In this document: positions 37,259 through 47,327 of the stretch, piece after piece
Position numbering within the stretch: position 1 is the first letter of the stretch
Layout: every line of letters starts with the position of its first letter
Source: Bryobacterales bacterium
GTDB taxonomy: Bacteria > Acidobacteriota > Terriglobia > Bryobacterales > Bryobacteraceae
NCBI GenBank assembly: GCA_963785595.1
Contig: CAWAVY010000001.1
Span: 20,140 to 84,139, forward strand
Length of the DNA stretch: 64,000 nt
Direction of reading: 5' to 3'
Position numbers and translations under genes: made by a program
Notes under the pieces: generated by a model
What the model saw: the letters and a program-made list of their open reading frames with translations, nothing else
What the model was told of the DNA's origin: nothing
Database searches by the model: none

Positions 37259-38470
37259 CTAAACCGCCGGTTGCACCTTGCTCCAAATAGCCGATCTCAC
37301 GTCCTCGGTCTGAACTTGCGCCAGTTCGCGCAACAATTCGCGGGTGCGTTCATCGCCCACATCGGGAGCTTTGAGAGATACTTCCACAATTTCGTCGCCG
37401 CGGGTATTCTTGCGGCCGTTGAAGACGCCCTTTTCACGCAAGCGGAATTTCTGACCGCTTTGCGTGCCTTGCGGAATCTTGAGCAGCGCCCTGCCGTCAA
37501 TGGTGGGCACTTCTATCTTGGCGCCTAATCCCGCTTCGCTCACCGTCAGAGGAATCTGAATCACAATATTGTCGCCATCGCGTTTAAAGAAGGGATGCTC
37601 CTCCACTCGGATGGTGATGTACAGATCGCCCGCCGGACCACCCGCCGTGCCGGCGTTCCCTTTGCCCGCCACCCGCAGGCGCGAACCGGAAGCCACGCCT
37701 TGCGGGATTCGAACTTCCACCGAATCGGGCCGACTGAGCGTTCCCTCGCCGCGGCAATTCGGACAAGCATTTTTCAAACGCCCGCTGCCGCCGCAGCGAT
37801 TACACGTTAAATTAAACTTCATGGCGCCGGCCATTTGGGTCACTGTGCCACTGCCATCGCACTCCGGACAAACGACAACGTTGTTACCGGCCGCACCGGT
37901 GCCGTGACAAGCCTCGCAAGTTTCCTGTCGCGAGATATTGAGCTTCACTTGCGTTCCTTTAATGGATTGCCAGAAATCAACATTCAAGCCGTATTCGAGA
38001 TCGGCGCCGCGTTCGGCATGAACCGCCTGCTTGCCGCCGCCTTTGCCGAAAAACTGGCTGAAGATATCCTTGAAACCGCCGCTTCCGCCACTGAACCGTT
38101 CGTCTTCGAAACCGGCCGACGGTCCGGCACCGCGCTGCGCATTTTGTTGTTGCCGAAGAAACTCGGCGAAATCAAACCCTTCAAAATTCGGGCCCGCGCC
38201 AGGTCCGCTACTGGGATTGGCGCCATTCGGCGGAATGTTGTCGGCATAGAAACCGAACTGATCGTAGACCTTCTTCTTGTTTTCGTCGCTCAGGATGTCA
38301 TACGCTTCCTGAACCTTCTTGAAGCGTTCTTCCGCAGCCTTATCGCCGGGGTTCAAATCGGGGTGAAACTTGCGGGCGAGTTTGCGGTACGATTTGCGGA
38401 TCTCGTCCGCATCCGCAGTGCGGCCTACGCCAAGAGTTTCGTAATAATCCTTTTTCGATGTTGAAGGCAT
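37259..38470 (-). CDS. dnaJ: Chaperone DnaJ
   Basis: It has a J domain with HPD (KFHPDLNP), a Gly/Phe-rich linker and four zinc-finger repeats (CEACHGTG, CPECDGSG, CNRCGGSG, CPNCRGEG). Confidence 0.95.
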   Translation of the reverse strand: MPSTSKKDYYETLGVGRTADADEIRKSYRKLARKFHPDLNPGDKAAEERFKKVQEAYDILSDENKKKVYDQFGFYADNIPPNGANPSSGPGAGPNFEGFDFAEFLRQQQNAQRGAGPSAGFEDERFSGGSGGFKDIFSQFFGKGGGKQAVHAERGADLEYGLNVDFWQSIKGTQVKLNISRQETCEACHGTGAAGNNVVVCPECDGSGTVTQMAGAMKFNLTCNRCGGSGRLKNACPNCRGEGTLSRPDSVEVRIPQGVASGSRLRVAGKGNAGTAGGPAGDLYITIRVEEHPFFKRDGDNIVIQIPLTVSEAGLGAKIEVPTIDGRALLKIPQGTQSGQKFRLREKGVFNGRKNTRGDEIVEVSLKAPDVGDERTRELLRELAQVQTEDVRSAIWSKVQPAV

Positions 38471-38601
38471 TGACCCGTCTCACCAAATCGCACCCGGTGC
38501 GCACCCCTCCCGAATGCGTACACTTGCTCATGGGGACCAGCGCCGGCTGATCTAAAAGCCGCCACTGATCCCTTCAGTTGACTAACTAGCGCTTGCTCCA
38601 G

Positions 38602-40521
38602 TTACTTCTTGTCTTCGACGTCAACGAACTCGGCGTCTACCACGTTGTCTTTCGGCTTCTCCGCGCCGGCGGTGGGACCCGCTCCTGGCGCGCCGGCTGT
38701 TGGGCCGCCGCCATTCGGAGGCGTGCTCGATTTGTACATCGCCTCCGCCAGCTTGTGGCTTGCCGTTGTAAGCTTATCCGTCGCCGACGTAATCTTGTCG
38801 AGACCGCCTTCCGCCATCGCCTTCTTTACATCTTCGAGCGCGGCTTCCACTTGCCTTGCATCCGCGTCGGAGATCTTCTCGCGATGTTCCTTCAGCATCT
38901 TCTCTACGTTGTAAGTCATGGCGTCCGCCCGGTTGCGCGCCTCAATCTCGTCGCGCTTCTTGCGGTCGTCGGCCGAGTGGGATTCGGCGTCGCGCGCCAT
39001 CTTCTCCACTTCGTCCTTGCTCAAGCCGGAAGAGGATGTAATGGTGATCTTTTGCTCGTTGTTGGTGGCCCGGTCCTTGGCCGTGACATTCAGAATGCCG
39101 TTGGCATCGATATCGAACGTCACCTCAATTTGCGGGATGCCGCGCGGCGCGGGTGGAATGCCCACTAACTGGAAGACCCCCAACAGCCGGTTATCGCGCG
39201 CCATAGCGCGTTCGCCCTGGTAGACCTTGATTTCCACTGAAGTCTGGCTGTCCGCCGCCGTGGAGAACACTTCGCTCTTCCGAGTTGGGATGGTGGTGTT
39301 GCGGTCAATCAGTTTGGTGAACACGCCACCCAGCGTTTCGATACCAAGCGATAGCGGAGTGACGTCGAGCAGCAACACATCCTTGACTTCGCCGCCCAAG
39401 ACACCGCCCTGCACAGCCGCGCCGATGGCAACAACCTCATCCGGGTTCACGCTCTTGTTCGGATCTTTGCCGAACAAATCACGCACGATCTGCTGCACCT
39501 TCGGGATGCGGGTGGAACCGCCAACGAGCACGACCTCGTCGATGTCTTTCGGTGTGATGCCGGCATCCTGCAACGCTTGTTTGCAAGGGCCGACCGAACG
39601 CTGCAGAATGTCGTCTACCATCTGCTCGAAGCGCGCGCGGGTCAGTTTGATGTTTAAGTGCTTCGGACCGCTGGCGTCCGCCGTCAAGAACGGCAAATTG
39701 ATTTCGGTTTCGAGCAGCGTAGACAGTTCGATCTTGGCTTTCTCGGCTGCTTCCTTGAGGCGCTGCAACGCCATCTGGTCTTTTGATACGTCAACGCCGA
39801 TATCTTTCTTGAATTCTTGAATCAGCCAGTCGATAATGCGCTGGTCGATGTTATCGCCGCCGAGGTGCGTGTCGCCGTTGGTGGACTTCACTTCCACTAC
39901 GCCGTCGCCAACTTCCAAAATGGAGATATCGAAGGTGCCGCCGCCGAAGTCGTAGACCGCGATGGTCTCATCCTTTTTCTTATCCAAGCCGTAGGCGAGC
40001 GCGGCCGCGGTCGGCTCGTTGATGATGCGCATCACCTCCAGACCGGCGATCTGGCCCGCGTCTTTGGTCGCCTGCCGCTGCGCGTCGTTGAAATAGGCCG
40101 GAACGGTAATGACCGCTTTGGTGACCTTCTCGCCCAGATACGCTTCCGCCGCTTCCTTGAGCTTGGTCAGAATCATTGCCGAAATCTCAGGCGGTGAATA
40201 TTTCTTGCCTTGGATCTCTACGCGCGCGTCGCCATTGTCGCCCGAGACGCTCTTGTAGGGAACCAGCTTCATTTCTTCGCTCACTTCGTTGAAGCGGCGA
40301 CCCATGAAGCGTTTAATCGAGTAAACGGTGTTTTCCGGGTTGGTCACGGCTTGGCGCTTGGCGACGTTGCCCACCAGACGTTCACCATTCTTAGTGAAAC
40401 CCACTACGGATGGCGTGGTTCGCCCACCTTCTTGGTTCGGGATGACGGCCGGCTGGCCGCCTTCCATCACAGCAACCACCGAATTTGTGGTTCCGAGGTC
40501 AATTCCGATAATCTTACTCAT
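38602..40521 (-). CDS. dnaK: Chaperone DnaK (Hsp70)
   Basis: 639 aa. It has [18 protein letters not shown] and the rest of the canonical Hsp70 signatures. Confidence 0.98.
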   Translation of the reverse strand: MSKIIGIDLGTTNSVVAVMEGGQPAVIPNQEGGRTTPSVVGFTKNGERLVGNVAKRQAVTNPENTVYSIKRFMGRRFNEVSEEMKLVPYKSVSGDNGDARVEIQGKKYSPPEISAMILTKLKEAAEAYLGEKVTKAVITVPAYFNDAQRQATKDAGQIAGLEVMRIINEPTAAALAYGLDKKKDETIAVYDFGGGTFDISILEVGDGVVEVKSTNGDTHLGGDNIDQRIIDWLIQEFKKDIGVDVSKDQMALQRLKEAAEKAKIELSTLLETEINLPFLTADASGPKHLNIKLTRARFEQMVDDILQRSVGPCKQALQDAGITPKDIDEVVLVGGSTRIPKVQQIVRDLFGKDPNKSVNPDEVVAIGAAVQGGVLGGEVKDVLLLDVTPLSLGIETLGGVFTKLIDRNTTIPTRKSEVFSTAADSQTSVEIKVYQGERAMARDNRLLGVFQLVGIPPAPRGIPQIEVTFDIDANGILNVTAKDRATNNEQKITITSSSGLSKDEVEKMARDAESHSADDRKKRDEIEARNRADAMTYNVEKMLKEHREKISDADARQVEAALEDVKKAMAEGGLDKITSATDKLTTASHKLAEAMYKSSTPPNGGGPTAGAPGAGPTAGAEKPKDNVVDAEFVDVEDKK

Positions 40522-40583
40522 GTTAGTGTGTTTGCCTCCGCCGACCGAAGAATTTCGTTGCCGGCCGCTCTTAGCACGTCTTC

Positions 40584-40613
40584 ATTATTGAATATGAGTC
40601 TCAGATTGTCAAG
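40584..40613 (-). promoter_or_regulatory. Putative dnaK promoter with overlapping HAIR-like (HspR operator) element
   Basis: The minus strand reads CTTGACA-ATCTGAG-ACTCATA at 40613-40593, against the HAIR consensus CTTGAGT-N7-ACTCAAG (5/7 per half). TTGACA (40612-40607) is followed by 17 nt and then AATAAT (40589-40584). Confidence 0.3.
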
Positions 40614-41334
40614 TTCCCTACCATTAACTTTGTTTTTTTTCGCTGCCTCCCTGGCAGGAGGCCAAAATACCCTGACAGTGGCAGCCGCAGCCGACTTGTC
40701 CAAAGTCGCGCCGGAGCTTGGCCAAGCTTTTGAAAAAAGGAACCCAACCATCCAAGTTCGTTTCGTAATCGAGGCATCAGCCATGCTGGCCCAACAGATT
40801 GAAAACGGTGCTCCTTACGATCTATTTCTCTCGGCGAACGCGCAGTTTGCGGATCGACTGGCCTCGTCTGGCAAGCTAGAGTCACCCGCCGTCTATGCGA
40901 CGGGGCGTTTGGCCTTGCTCTGGCGCGATGACAAGCAGCATAATGTAAACGAGTTAGAGCAGACTACGGTTCGGTTTATCGCACTGGCTAACCCGAAGCT
41001 CGCGCCCTATGGCGTCGCTGCCCGGCAAGCGCTGGAACATGCCGGCTTGTGGTCGAAAATCGAACCCAAAGTCGTCTACGGCGAAAATGTTCGCCAGGCT
41101 TTGCAGTTGTTTGATAGCGGCAATGCCGATGCGGTTCTTACTTCCGACGGGTTGGTGAGCGACCGGAAGGCCCAGTTGATTCCAGCGGATTGGCATCAAC
41201 CGATAGTTCAGAAGGCGGGTATTGTAGCGGCGAGTCGAAGACAAAAGGAAGCGGGTTTGTTTTTGCAGTTCTTGTTAGGGCCAACGGCGCAAGCTATCTT
41301 CGCCCATCACGGTTTTGGCAAACCGGCACCGTAG
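40594..41334 (+). CDS. modA: Molybdate ABC transporter substrate-binding protein
   Basis: 246 aa from ATG 40594, with a signal peptide (SLPLTLFFFAASLAGG). LTVAAAADLSKVAPELGQAFEK..VRFVIEASAMLAQQIENGAPYDLFLSAN is a typical ModA sequence. The 5' part of track ORF 40210.. runs antisense to dnaK and I rejected it. Confidence 0.8.
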   Translation: MSLRLSSSLPLTLFFFAASLAGGQNTLTVAAAADLSKVAPELGQAFEKRNPTIQVRFVIEASAMLAQQIENGAPYDLFLSANAQFADRLASSGKLESPAVYATGRLALLWRDDKQHNVNELEQTTVRFIALANPKLAPYGVAARQALEHAGLWSKIEPKVVYGENVRQALQLFDSGNADAVLTSDGLVSDRKAQLIPADWHQPIVQKAGIVAASRRQKEAGLFLQFLLGPTAQAIFAHHGFGKPAP

Positions 41335-41463
41335 ATCGTTTTTACGGTACGAACCCAATTTGGTGCTGTCGCCTCTTTGTCTTGAATGACAAGAAGTAAC
41401 AGGCCCGGCCATGGCGACTGAAATGCTGGTGGTTTGGCAATTCCTGGCAAGCGTCTGAGGACA

Positions 41464-41652
41464 TTAGAAATACCGGCCACGAAATAAAGTCCGCTCGACT
41501 GTGATCGGGCTCTCCTTGGAAAACACGACGCAAGTTGCGCCAAGTCTATCCGGCTCGACCAAGCGCAGCCCGACATACGTATCGATCTGCTCCGGGTGAA
41601 TGGCATCGACGATCTCGCGGGTAAGAAATTCCGGTTCCGGCTTCGGATTCAT
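41464..41652 (-). pseudogene. Possible remnant of a Doc (death-on-curing/Fic) toxin gene
   Basis: The 62-aa ORF's N-terminus, FLTREIVDAIHPEQIDTYVGLRL, resembles the start of Doc toxins (LT.e.v..iH...i..yGG..G.rd). It then diverges and lacks the HxFxDGNKR motif. This is a weak call. Confidence 0.25.
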
Positions 41653-41773
41653 TTAGCCAAACGGCGGAGCAAATCAGCATGCTCAACAGATGTCTTCTAT
41701 ATTGTTAGCAAGGCGCTGTTCTGTAAAAGGAATAAGGCGGCCAGCGGAGTCCTCACACCAAGTATAAGAAGGA

Positions 41774-43111
41774 TCATGGAACCTGCGGATAGAGCCTCAG
41801 AGCATTGTCGTGAAAGTACCCACGCGCGAGTTCCAAAGCCTTATCCTCGGTTAGTTCATTCATCGCGACCATCTCGGCGAGAGCGGCGGCGAGGGCTTCG
41901 CGGGCGGAGTACACAGCGAGCCAATACGTCTCCTCCGAGCCAAGAGCCGCACTGTACGGGTATGCGTCGGAGCCGAAGGTAATTTTGTCAGGGTAGGTTT
42001 CGAGCCAAAGCTTGAAGATCTTCGCCAACTCCGCAGGGTATAAAAGCGTTTCGATTTCCGACGTATCGATGTAGACATTCTTCATGGCCGCGAGCCAGAT
42101 CACCTCCCGGAAATACGGGTACCCTCCGTGAATGAGGACGAAGGTGGTATTGAGATAACGCGGGTCTTTGACGATGTTTTCCAGATTGAGGACGTCGCCT
42201 TTTCGCAGGCTGAAATAGTCTCCTTCGCCCACGGCCGTGTGAATATGCACCGGCAGATGAAGGCGGCCACCCTCCGTGACGAGGTAGCGGAAGACGTAAT
42301 CCTGAAATGTCTTGTATTCTTCGGGCGTAGGCACTCCGCCCGAGTGATATTTCTCATAAACGGAGACGGCGGCTTGGCGGGGCGGGTCGGCAAAGTAAAG
42401 CGAACGGAAGTAGCCGGCCTCAAACTTCTCGGCAATGCCGCCTTTCTTCTGGTTCTCCTCGAGAATGCGGGAGATGAACGAGAGATAGGCGTCGAAGCTG
42501 CCGGGCAGTCCGCTCAGTCCGCCTTGTTTCATGTAGCGATGGAGAACCTTTTCCTGGAGAGGGATGTAAACGCCTTCGTCGGGGTTTTCGGCGATCACGT
42601 GTTTGTTATCGAAGGGGAAGAGAAACGAATCGACAAAGAAAACCCAACGGAAGCGTTTCGGATTCAGGTAGTTGGCCATCGCCACGCGATTCGCGACGGA
42701 GGACTCGATACCGCATTCGTCGAGGATGTGGTCCCAATAGCTGGTGCCTCCCGCTTTCTCGGCCGCACCGGACCTTTGCTGAAGCCAGTGCATGTGCTCC
42801 TCCGACATGTCCGAGTACGGGTAGTTGAACAGCGCCTTGACGGCCGCTACCAGCTCGGGGTTCGTCTCACGCTCGCGGAAGGGCAAGTGTTCGGGTGGGG
42901 TGGCTTGCGCGTCAACGTCGGAATCGTCGCCGAAGCCAGGGTGAGCATGGTGATCGAAGATCGGAATGGTTTTGATCTTCTCTAAAAGCCGCTGATAGAT
43001 CGCCGGGACATCTCCGGAGGGCAAAGCTCGCGCCTGGGGCCACGCAGGGATTGCTACCGCAGCGGCGAGAACTGCAAACGCCGCCCACTGAATTTGCTTT
43101 CGCTTCATCAT
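41774..43111 (-). CDS. Secreted amidohydrolase-superfamily (TIM-barrel metal hydrolase) protein
   Basis: 445 aa with a signal peptide. It has the IFDHHAHPGF metal-binding start, and later VHIHTAVGEGD and VLIHGGYPY. Confidence 0.7.
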   Translation of the reverse strand: MMKRKQIQWAAFAVLAAAVAIPAWPQARALPSGDVPAIYQRLLEKIKTIPIFDHHAHPGFGDDSDVDAQATPPEHLPFRERETNPELVAAVKALFNYPYSDMSEEHMHWLQQRSGAAEKAGGTSYWDHILDECGIESSVANRVAMANYLNPKRFRWVFFVDSFLFPFDNKHVIAENPDEGVYIPLQEKVLHRYMKQGGLSGLPGSFDAYLSFISRILEENQKKGGIAEKFEAGYFRSLYFADPPRQAAVSVYEKYHSGGVPTPEEYKTFQDYVFRYLVTEGGRLHLPVHIHTAVGEGDYFSLRKGDVLNLENIVKDPRYLNTTFVLIHGGYPYFREVIWLAAMKNVYIDTSEIETLLYPAELAKIFKLWLETYPDKITFGSDAYPYSAALGSEETYWLAVYSAREALAAALAEMVAMNELTEDKALELARGYFHDNALRLYPQVP

Positions 43112-43210
43112 CGGCTTCTCCTCGAAAGCCTAAGAATCAGTTGCAAGATTCAAGCACGGAATTTGCAGATGAAAGGAAGTATACAACACGCTAGAAGACA
43201 GTCGGCAAAG

Positions 43211-44110
43211 CTACGCTTTCGGATGCGCGCGATCATAGACGGCTTGTAAGTCTTTGAGCGAGACCTGCGTGTACTTCTGCGTTGTGGAAAGCCGCGCGTG
43301 GCCCAGCAACTCCTGGATCGACCTGAGATCCGCTCCGTCACTTAGCAAATGGGTGGCGTACGCGTGCCGAAAGCTGTGAGGATGCACGCTTGAATCTCCT
43401 GCCACCAACACGGCATAGAGCTTCACGAGCCGCCTGACTTGGCGGTCGCCCAAACGCGTGCCTCGCGAATTCAGGAACAGTGCGCGTTCGCTTGGTTGCG
43501 TTGACCGTTTCTCTAAATACGCGTTGACCGCTTCCACCGCGCGGCCGCCCACCGGCACTTGCCTTTCTTTGTTGCCCTTGCCGCGCACGCGCAGCCACGC
43601 GGTGTGCAAATCGATGTCCTCAAGATTGATACCGACCAGTTCGCTTACGCGGATGCCGCAGCCATACATCAATTCAAGCAGCGCCATGTCGCGTTCCTTA
43701 TCGGGCATCTCAACGACCTCGCCGGAATCCACGGCATCCAGCAAGTTGTTGGTTTTCTCGGCGCTCATCACTTCAGGCAGGCGCTGCTTCACCTTGGGCG
43801 TGCGTAAACGGGTGGCCGGGTTCCGTGCGATGTTGCCTTCTTGCAAAGCGAACTTAAAGACGGCGCGCACCGCCGCCAGCTTACGGCGCACGGTAACCAC
43901 CGACAGCTTTTGATCGTAGAGACCGCCCAGCCATTCGCGCAGCAGCGCCAAATCAAGCTGATCAAAAGCGGGAGCCGCAATGCCAGGCGCCTCAAAATAG
44001 CCGGCGAATTGTTCAAGATCCGACCCATAGTTGCGCAGCGTGTGCTTGGAAGCGCCGCGCCGCGTCAACTCAGCAAGATATTTGGCAATGGACTCGCGTA
44101 TCGTTGGCAT
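43211..44110 (-). CDS. xerC: Tyrosine recombinase XerC/XerD
   Basis: 300 aa from ATG 44110. The N-terminal SAM-like domain contains NTLRNYGSDLEQF. The catalytic residues sit in RVSELVGI, HSFRHAYATHLL and LGHARLSTTQKY. It lies directly downstream of trmFO, which is conserved housekeeping synteny. Confidence 0.85.
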   Translation of the reverse strand: MPTIRESIAKYLAELTRRGASKHTLRNYGSDLEQFAGYFEAPGIAAPAFDQLDLALLREWLGGLYDQKLSVVTVRRKLAAVRAVFKFALQEGNIARNPATRLRTPKVKQRLPEVMSAEKTNNLLDAVDSGEVVEMPDKERDMALLELMYGCGIRVSELVGINLEDIDLHTAWLRVRGKGNKERQVPVGGRAVEAVNAYLEKRSTQPSERALFLNSRGTRLGDRQVRRLVKLYAVLVAGDSSVHPHSFRHAYATHLLSDGADLRSIQELLGHARLSTTQKYTQVSLKDLQAVYDRAHPKA

Positions 44111-45428
44111 GGAAGAATTCCGAAAAGGCAATTTCGGCCCGGCGGCATATCTCCGCATGCCGCGCTTTCTTATCGTGCTTGCATTTCCGCTTGGCTTCTT
44201 CGTCAAGCGCGGGCAGCAAGTCGAACGTGATGTTGGCGGGTTGAAAATGCCGCGGGTCGGCGGCGGTGATGTAGTGGCACAAGCTACCCAGCGCGGTGGC
44301 GCGCGGAAAGACCAGCGGATCTCCTTCGCCAGCCATCGCTGCGGCATTGCGCCCAGCAATCAAGCCGGTTGCGATGGATTCCGCATAGCCTTCCACGCCC
44401 GAAATCTGACCGGCGAACAAGATCCGCGGATCGGATTTAAATTGGAGCGTGGGCTGCAAAAGCGCCGGCGAGTTTATATAGGTGTTGCGGTGCATCTGTC
44501 CAAAGCGCACGAACTCGGCATTTTCGAGTCCTGGAATCAAACGAAACACCCGCGCTTGATCGCCAAAGCGCATGTGATTTTGAAAGCCCACCAAGTTGTA
44601 ACTATCGGCGCGCTGATTCTCCTGGCGTAACTGCACAATGGCGTAAGCCCAGCGGCCGGTACGAGGGTCGTCGAGGCCAGCCGGCTTCATTGGACCGAAA
44701 CGCAAGGTGTCGCGACCGCGGCGTGCGATCTCTTCAATTGGTAAGCAGCCTTCAAAGTAGGGCGTCGTGTCTTCCGGAATATGCGCCTCGTAGGACTCCG
44801 CTTTCAGCAACTCGTCGACAAAGACGCTATATTGCTCTTTGTTGAAGGGGCAATTGATGTAATCGTCGCTGCCATCCAGCGATTTTCCATAACGAGATGC
44901 GCGAAAGGCCACCGACATGTCTATGGAATCCGCCGCGACAATCGGGCTGATGCTGTCGTAAAAGAAAAGCCGTTCCGCTCCGGTGATGCGAGCGATTTCT
45001 TCCGCCAGCGGCTCGCTAGTGAGCGGTCCGCTTGCCACAATGACAATGCCATCGGGTATGACCCGCACTTCTTCGCGCTTCACGGTAATGTTTGGATGCG
45101 CATCGATGGCCCGCGTGATCTCCGCGGAAAACACTTCGCGATCAACTGTAAGAGCATGTCCGCCCGGCACGCGCGCCGCTTTAGCCGCCCGCATCAACAG
45201 GGAATCGAGCGCGCGCATCTCCTGCTTCAACAACCAAGGCGCCGAATGTTGCTGCTCGCTTTTCAACGAATTGCTGCAGACCAACTCTCCGAAGGCGGCA
45301 GTCTTGTGGGCAGCGCTCTGCTGGCCGGGGCGCATCTCATACAATTCGACGCGGGCACCCGCTTCCGCCGCTTGAAAAGCAGCCTCGCATCCCGCCAAGC
45401 CCGCGCCAATAATTCGAACGACGTTCAA
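44070..45428 (-). CDS. trmFO: Methylenetetrahydrofolate--tRNA-(uracil54-C5)-methyltransferase
   Basis: 452 aa. It has an FAD motif (IIGAGLAGCEAAFQAA) and a Gid/TrmFO core. Confidence 0.92.
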   Translation of the reverse strand: MNVVRIIGAGLAGCEAAFQAAEAGARVELYEMRPGQQSAAHKTAAFGELVCSNSLKSEQQHSAPWLLKQEMRALDSLLMRAAKAARVPGGHALTVDREVFSAEITRAIDAHPNITVKREEVRVIPDGIVIVASGPLTSEPLAEEIARITGAERLFFYDSISPIVAADSIDMSVAFRASRYGKSLDGSDDYINCPFNKEQYSVFVDELLKAESYEAHIPEDTTPYFEGCLPIEEIARRGRDTLRFGPMKPAGLDDPRTGRWAYAIVQLRQENQRADSYNLVGFQNHMRFGDQARVFRLIPGLENAEFVRFGQMHRNTYINSPALLQPTLQFKSDPRILFAGQISGVEGYAESIATGLIAGRNAAAMAGEGDPLVFPRATALGSLCHYITAADPRHFQPANITFDLLPALDEEAKRKCKHDKKARHAEICRRAEIAFSEFFHANDTRVHCQISC

Positions 45429-45511
45429 ACCTCAGTCTATCCAGAGAACCAGGCGGACGATTGGGGGCTTGGCGCGATAAACTCTACAAGAGATGAAGGC
45501 TGGTTGATTTG

Positions 45512-46483
45512 ATGGCGCCCGAGGTTGCTCTCGAAGAACACATTCCGCAGCGGATGCATTGCATGGAGGTTTTTGGTGGGAGTCAACTCGCTGCCAGGGC
45601 GGTTCAGTTTGGCGGGCTCGACACGTGGCTTTTTAGTAAGCCGTTTGGCGAGGGCCGCGATGGCGGCGACGTTTACTATGCCTCAAGTTGTATCAACGGC
45701 CGCATTTCGCGTTTTTTGCTGGCTGATGTAGTGGGGCACGGGCAAGCAGCGGCGGAAACCGCCAACGGGTTGAAATACCTGATGCGGCGATTCGTGAACT
45801 GGCTGGATCAAAGTGAGTTTGTGCGCCTGCTCAACCGGCAGTTTTCCGAACTCGTGCCAGACGGTATCTTTGCCACGGCTATTGTCGCTACCTTCTTCGC
45901 GCCCACCCGGCGTTTGTGTCTCTGCAATGCAGGTCATCCACCACCGTTGCTTTATCGCGCCGCCAGCCGTGAATGGTCGCTGCTCCGTGCGGACAGGGAT
46001 CTGACCCGCCGCAACATGCCATTGGGTATTTTCGACCTCTCGGAGTATCAGGATTTCGATATCGAACTCGACCCTGGCGATTGTCTGCTTGTCTATACCG
46101 ACGGACTAATGGAGGCTTGCGGCTCAGACCACCAAATCCTGGGCGAAGACGGCTTGCTCGAAATCGTCTCCGGCCTGCAGGCAATCGGGCCTAAAGGGGT
46201 GGCCGAGTCACTGGTCTGCGAAGTGAGCAGACGCTATCCCGCAGCGCTCTCTTGCGACGATGTGACGGTGATGGTGTTGCAGGCCAACAGCCGCGGTCTT
46301 CAATTTTCTTTCGCGGAAAAGTGGCTGGTGGCGAGGGGCTATTTCTGGGCTCTGTTTCGCGCCTTGCGTGACGGGACGGAAAAGCCGCTGTTTCCCTATC
46401 CAGATGCGCATGTGGCCAATCTGGGCGGGGCGATCATTCCCGTTCTATCCAAATTCTGGCGCGCCCGCTACCGGAGCCGCTAA
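45512..46483 (+). CDS. PP2C/SpoIIE-family protein serine/threonine phosphatase
   Basis: The metal-binding motifs are GGDVYY, LADVVGHGQAAA and VYTDGLMEA. No sensor domain is recognisable. Confidence 0.8.
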   Translation: MAPEVALEEHIPQRMHCMEVFGGSQLAARAVQFGGLDTWLFSKPFGEGRDGGDVYYASSCINGRISRFLLADVVGHGQAAAETANGLKYLMRRFVNWLDQSEFVRLLNRQFSELVPDGIFATAIVATFFAPTRRLCLCNAGHPPPLLYRAASREWSLLRADRDLTRRNMPLGIFDLSEYQDFDIELDPGDCLLVYTDGLMEACGSDHQILGEDGLLEIVSGLQAIGPKGVAESLVCEVSRRYPAALSCDDVTVMVLQANSRGLQFSFAEKWLVARGYFWALFRALRDGTEKPLFPYPDAHVANLGGAIIPVLSKFWRARYRSR

Positions 46484-46847
46484 GCCCCGGGTATTTTCGA
46501 GTCACAGATCTGGGTGGATTCGTCTAATTTTATTAACTCCAAACCCGTCTATTATTTGCAGGCATTTTTTCCTAAGCGCTGGAGTGCTATCCCGTCGGGC
46601 TCGCTACTACTCTTAATCAGATTTGCACGCAAGACCGCAAGTAGTTCTCCGTTTGCAGGAACAAATCATCATGACCGTTCTCGATGTTCGCACCGGCCGG
46701 TGCAAAATCAGGAACATGCTTTCAAACCTAATTGGCTGCACAGCAAATCAGGCAAGTCTTAGTCTCGTACCGTCTGTTCCAATGTGGGCCGGAATTCTAC
46801 CATTATCGTCCACCACCCTAAATTCGGACGATAAGAAAAAAGAAGCA

Positions 46848-47324
46848 ATGAAACACACAGAACAATCGGCCCGCGCAGCCACTTCTTTTGCTAGAGTCAA
46901 AGGGTTAGCTGGACAAAAAGAAATTGATATGAGCGGTGTCGCCTTACAGCCCGATCTAAGATCCCGGCTTCAATTGCTAGCAAGCGAAGCCTTTCCTGTC
47001 GTGTCGGCTTCCAGTGTGGATGTTCTTCGGGAGGCTGGCCTGAGCAGGGAGGAAATCAAAGCTCTGGTATTCGTAAACCAAAATCAGGTTGAGGCGACTA
47101 CCGACGGCATTCTGAAGCCGGAGGATGCGGCGCGGTTTAAGAAACTTGCCGGGCTGTTGTCCCATTCAATCACCGTCTATGGCTCCGAAAATGCTCTTTT
47201 GTGGCTTAGAGGTCCACTCCAGCGTTTTGACGGGCGGTCTCCGCTTAAGTTCGTTGAGGCCACCCAGAACTTTGAAGCAATGGACGAATACTTGACTCAG
47301 AACTCAGAAGGCTACTTTTTCTGA
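46848..47324 (+). CDS. Xre/MbcA/ParS-type antitoxin (DUF2384 toxin-binding domain)
   Basis: The C-terminus, ALLWLRGPLQRFDGRSPLKFVEATQNFEAMDEYL, is the characteristic DUF2384 helix bundle. I preferred ATG 46848 (158 aa) to the 233-aa track ORF. Confidence 0.7.
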   Translation: MKHTEQSARAATSFARVKGLAGQKEIDMSGVALQPDLRSRLQLLASEAFPVVSASSVDVLREAGLSREEIKALVFVNQNQVEATTDGILKPEDAARFKKLAGLLSHSITVYGSENALLWLRGPLQRFDGRSPLKFVEATQNFEAMDEYLTQNSEGYFF

Positions 47325-47327
47325 GTT

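Noticed and set aside
38593-40593. Several plus-strand ORFs (38593.., 39227.., 39817.., and the 5' part of 40210..)
   Set aside because: All are antisense to dnaK. Only the part of the 40210 ORF from ATG 40594 onward (modA) carries a real protein signature.
40571-40600. CIRCE (HrcA) operator upstream of dnaK
   Set aside because: Only one half-site-like sequence (TTAGCACGT) is present. There is no inverted partner at the required 9-nt spacing.
43211-44359. Long form of the recombinase ORF (382 aa), and the idea that it marks a mobile element
   Set aside because: The N-terminal 82 aa overlap trmFO and have no recombinase homology. The trmFO-xerC arrangement is housekeeping synteny, and I saw no flanking att-like repeats or cargo genes.
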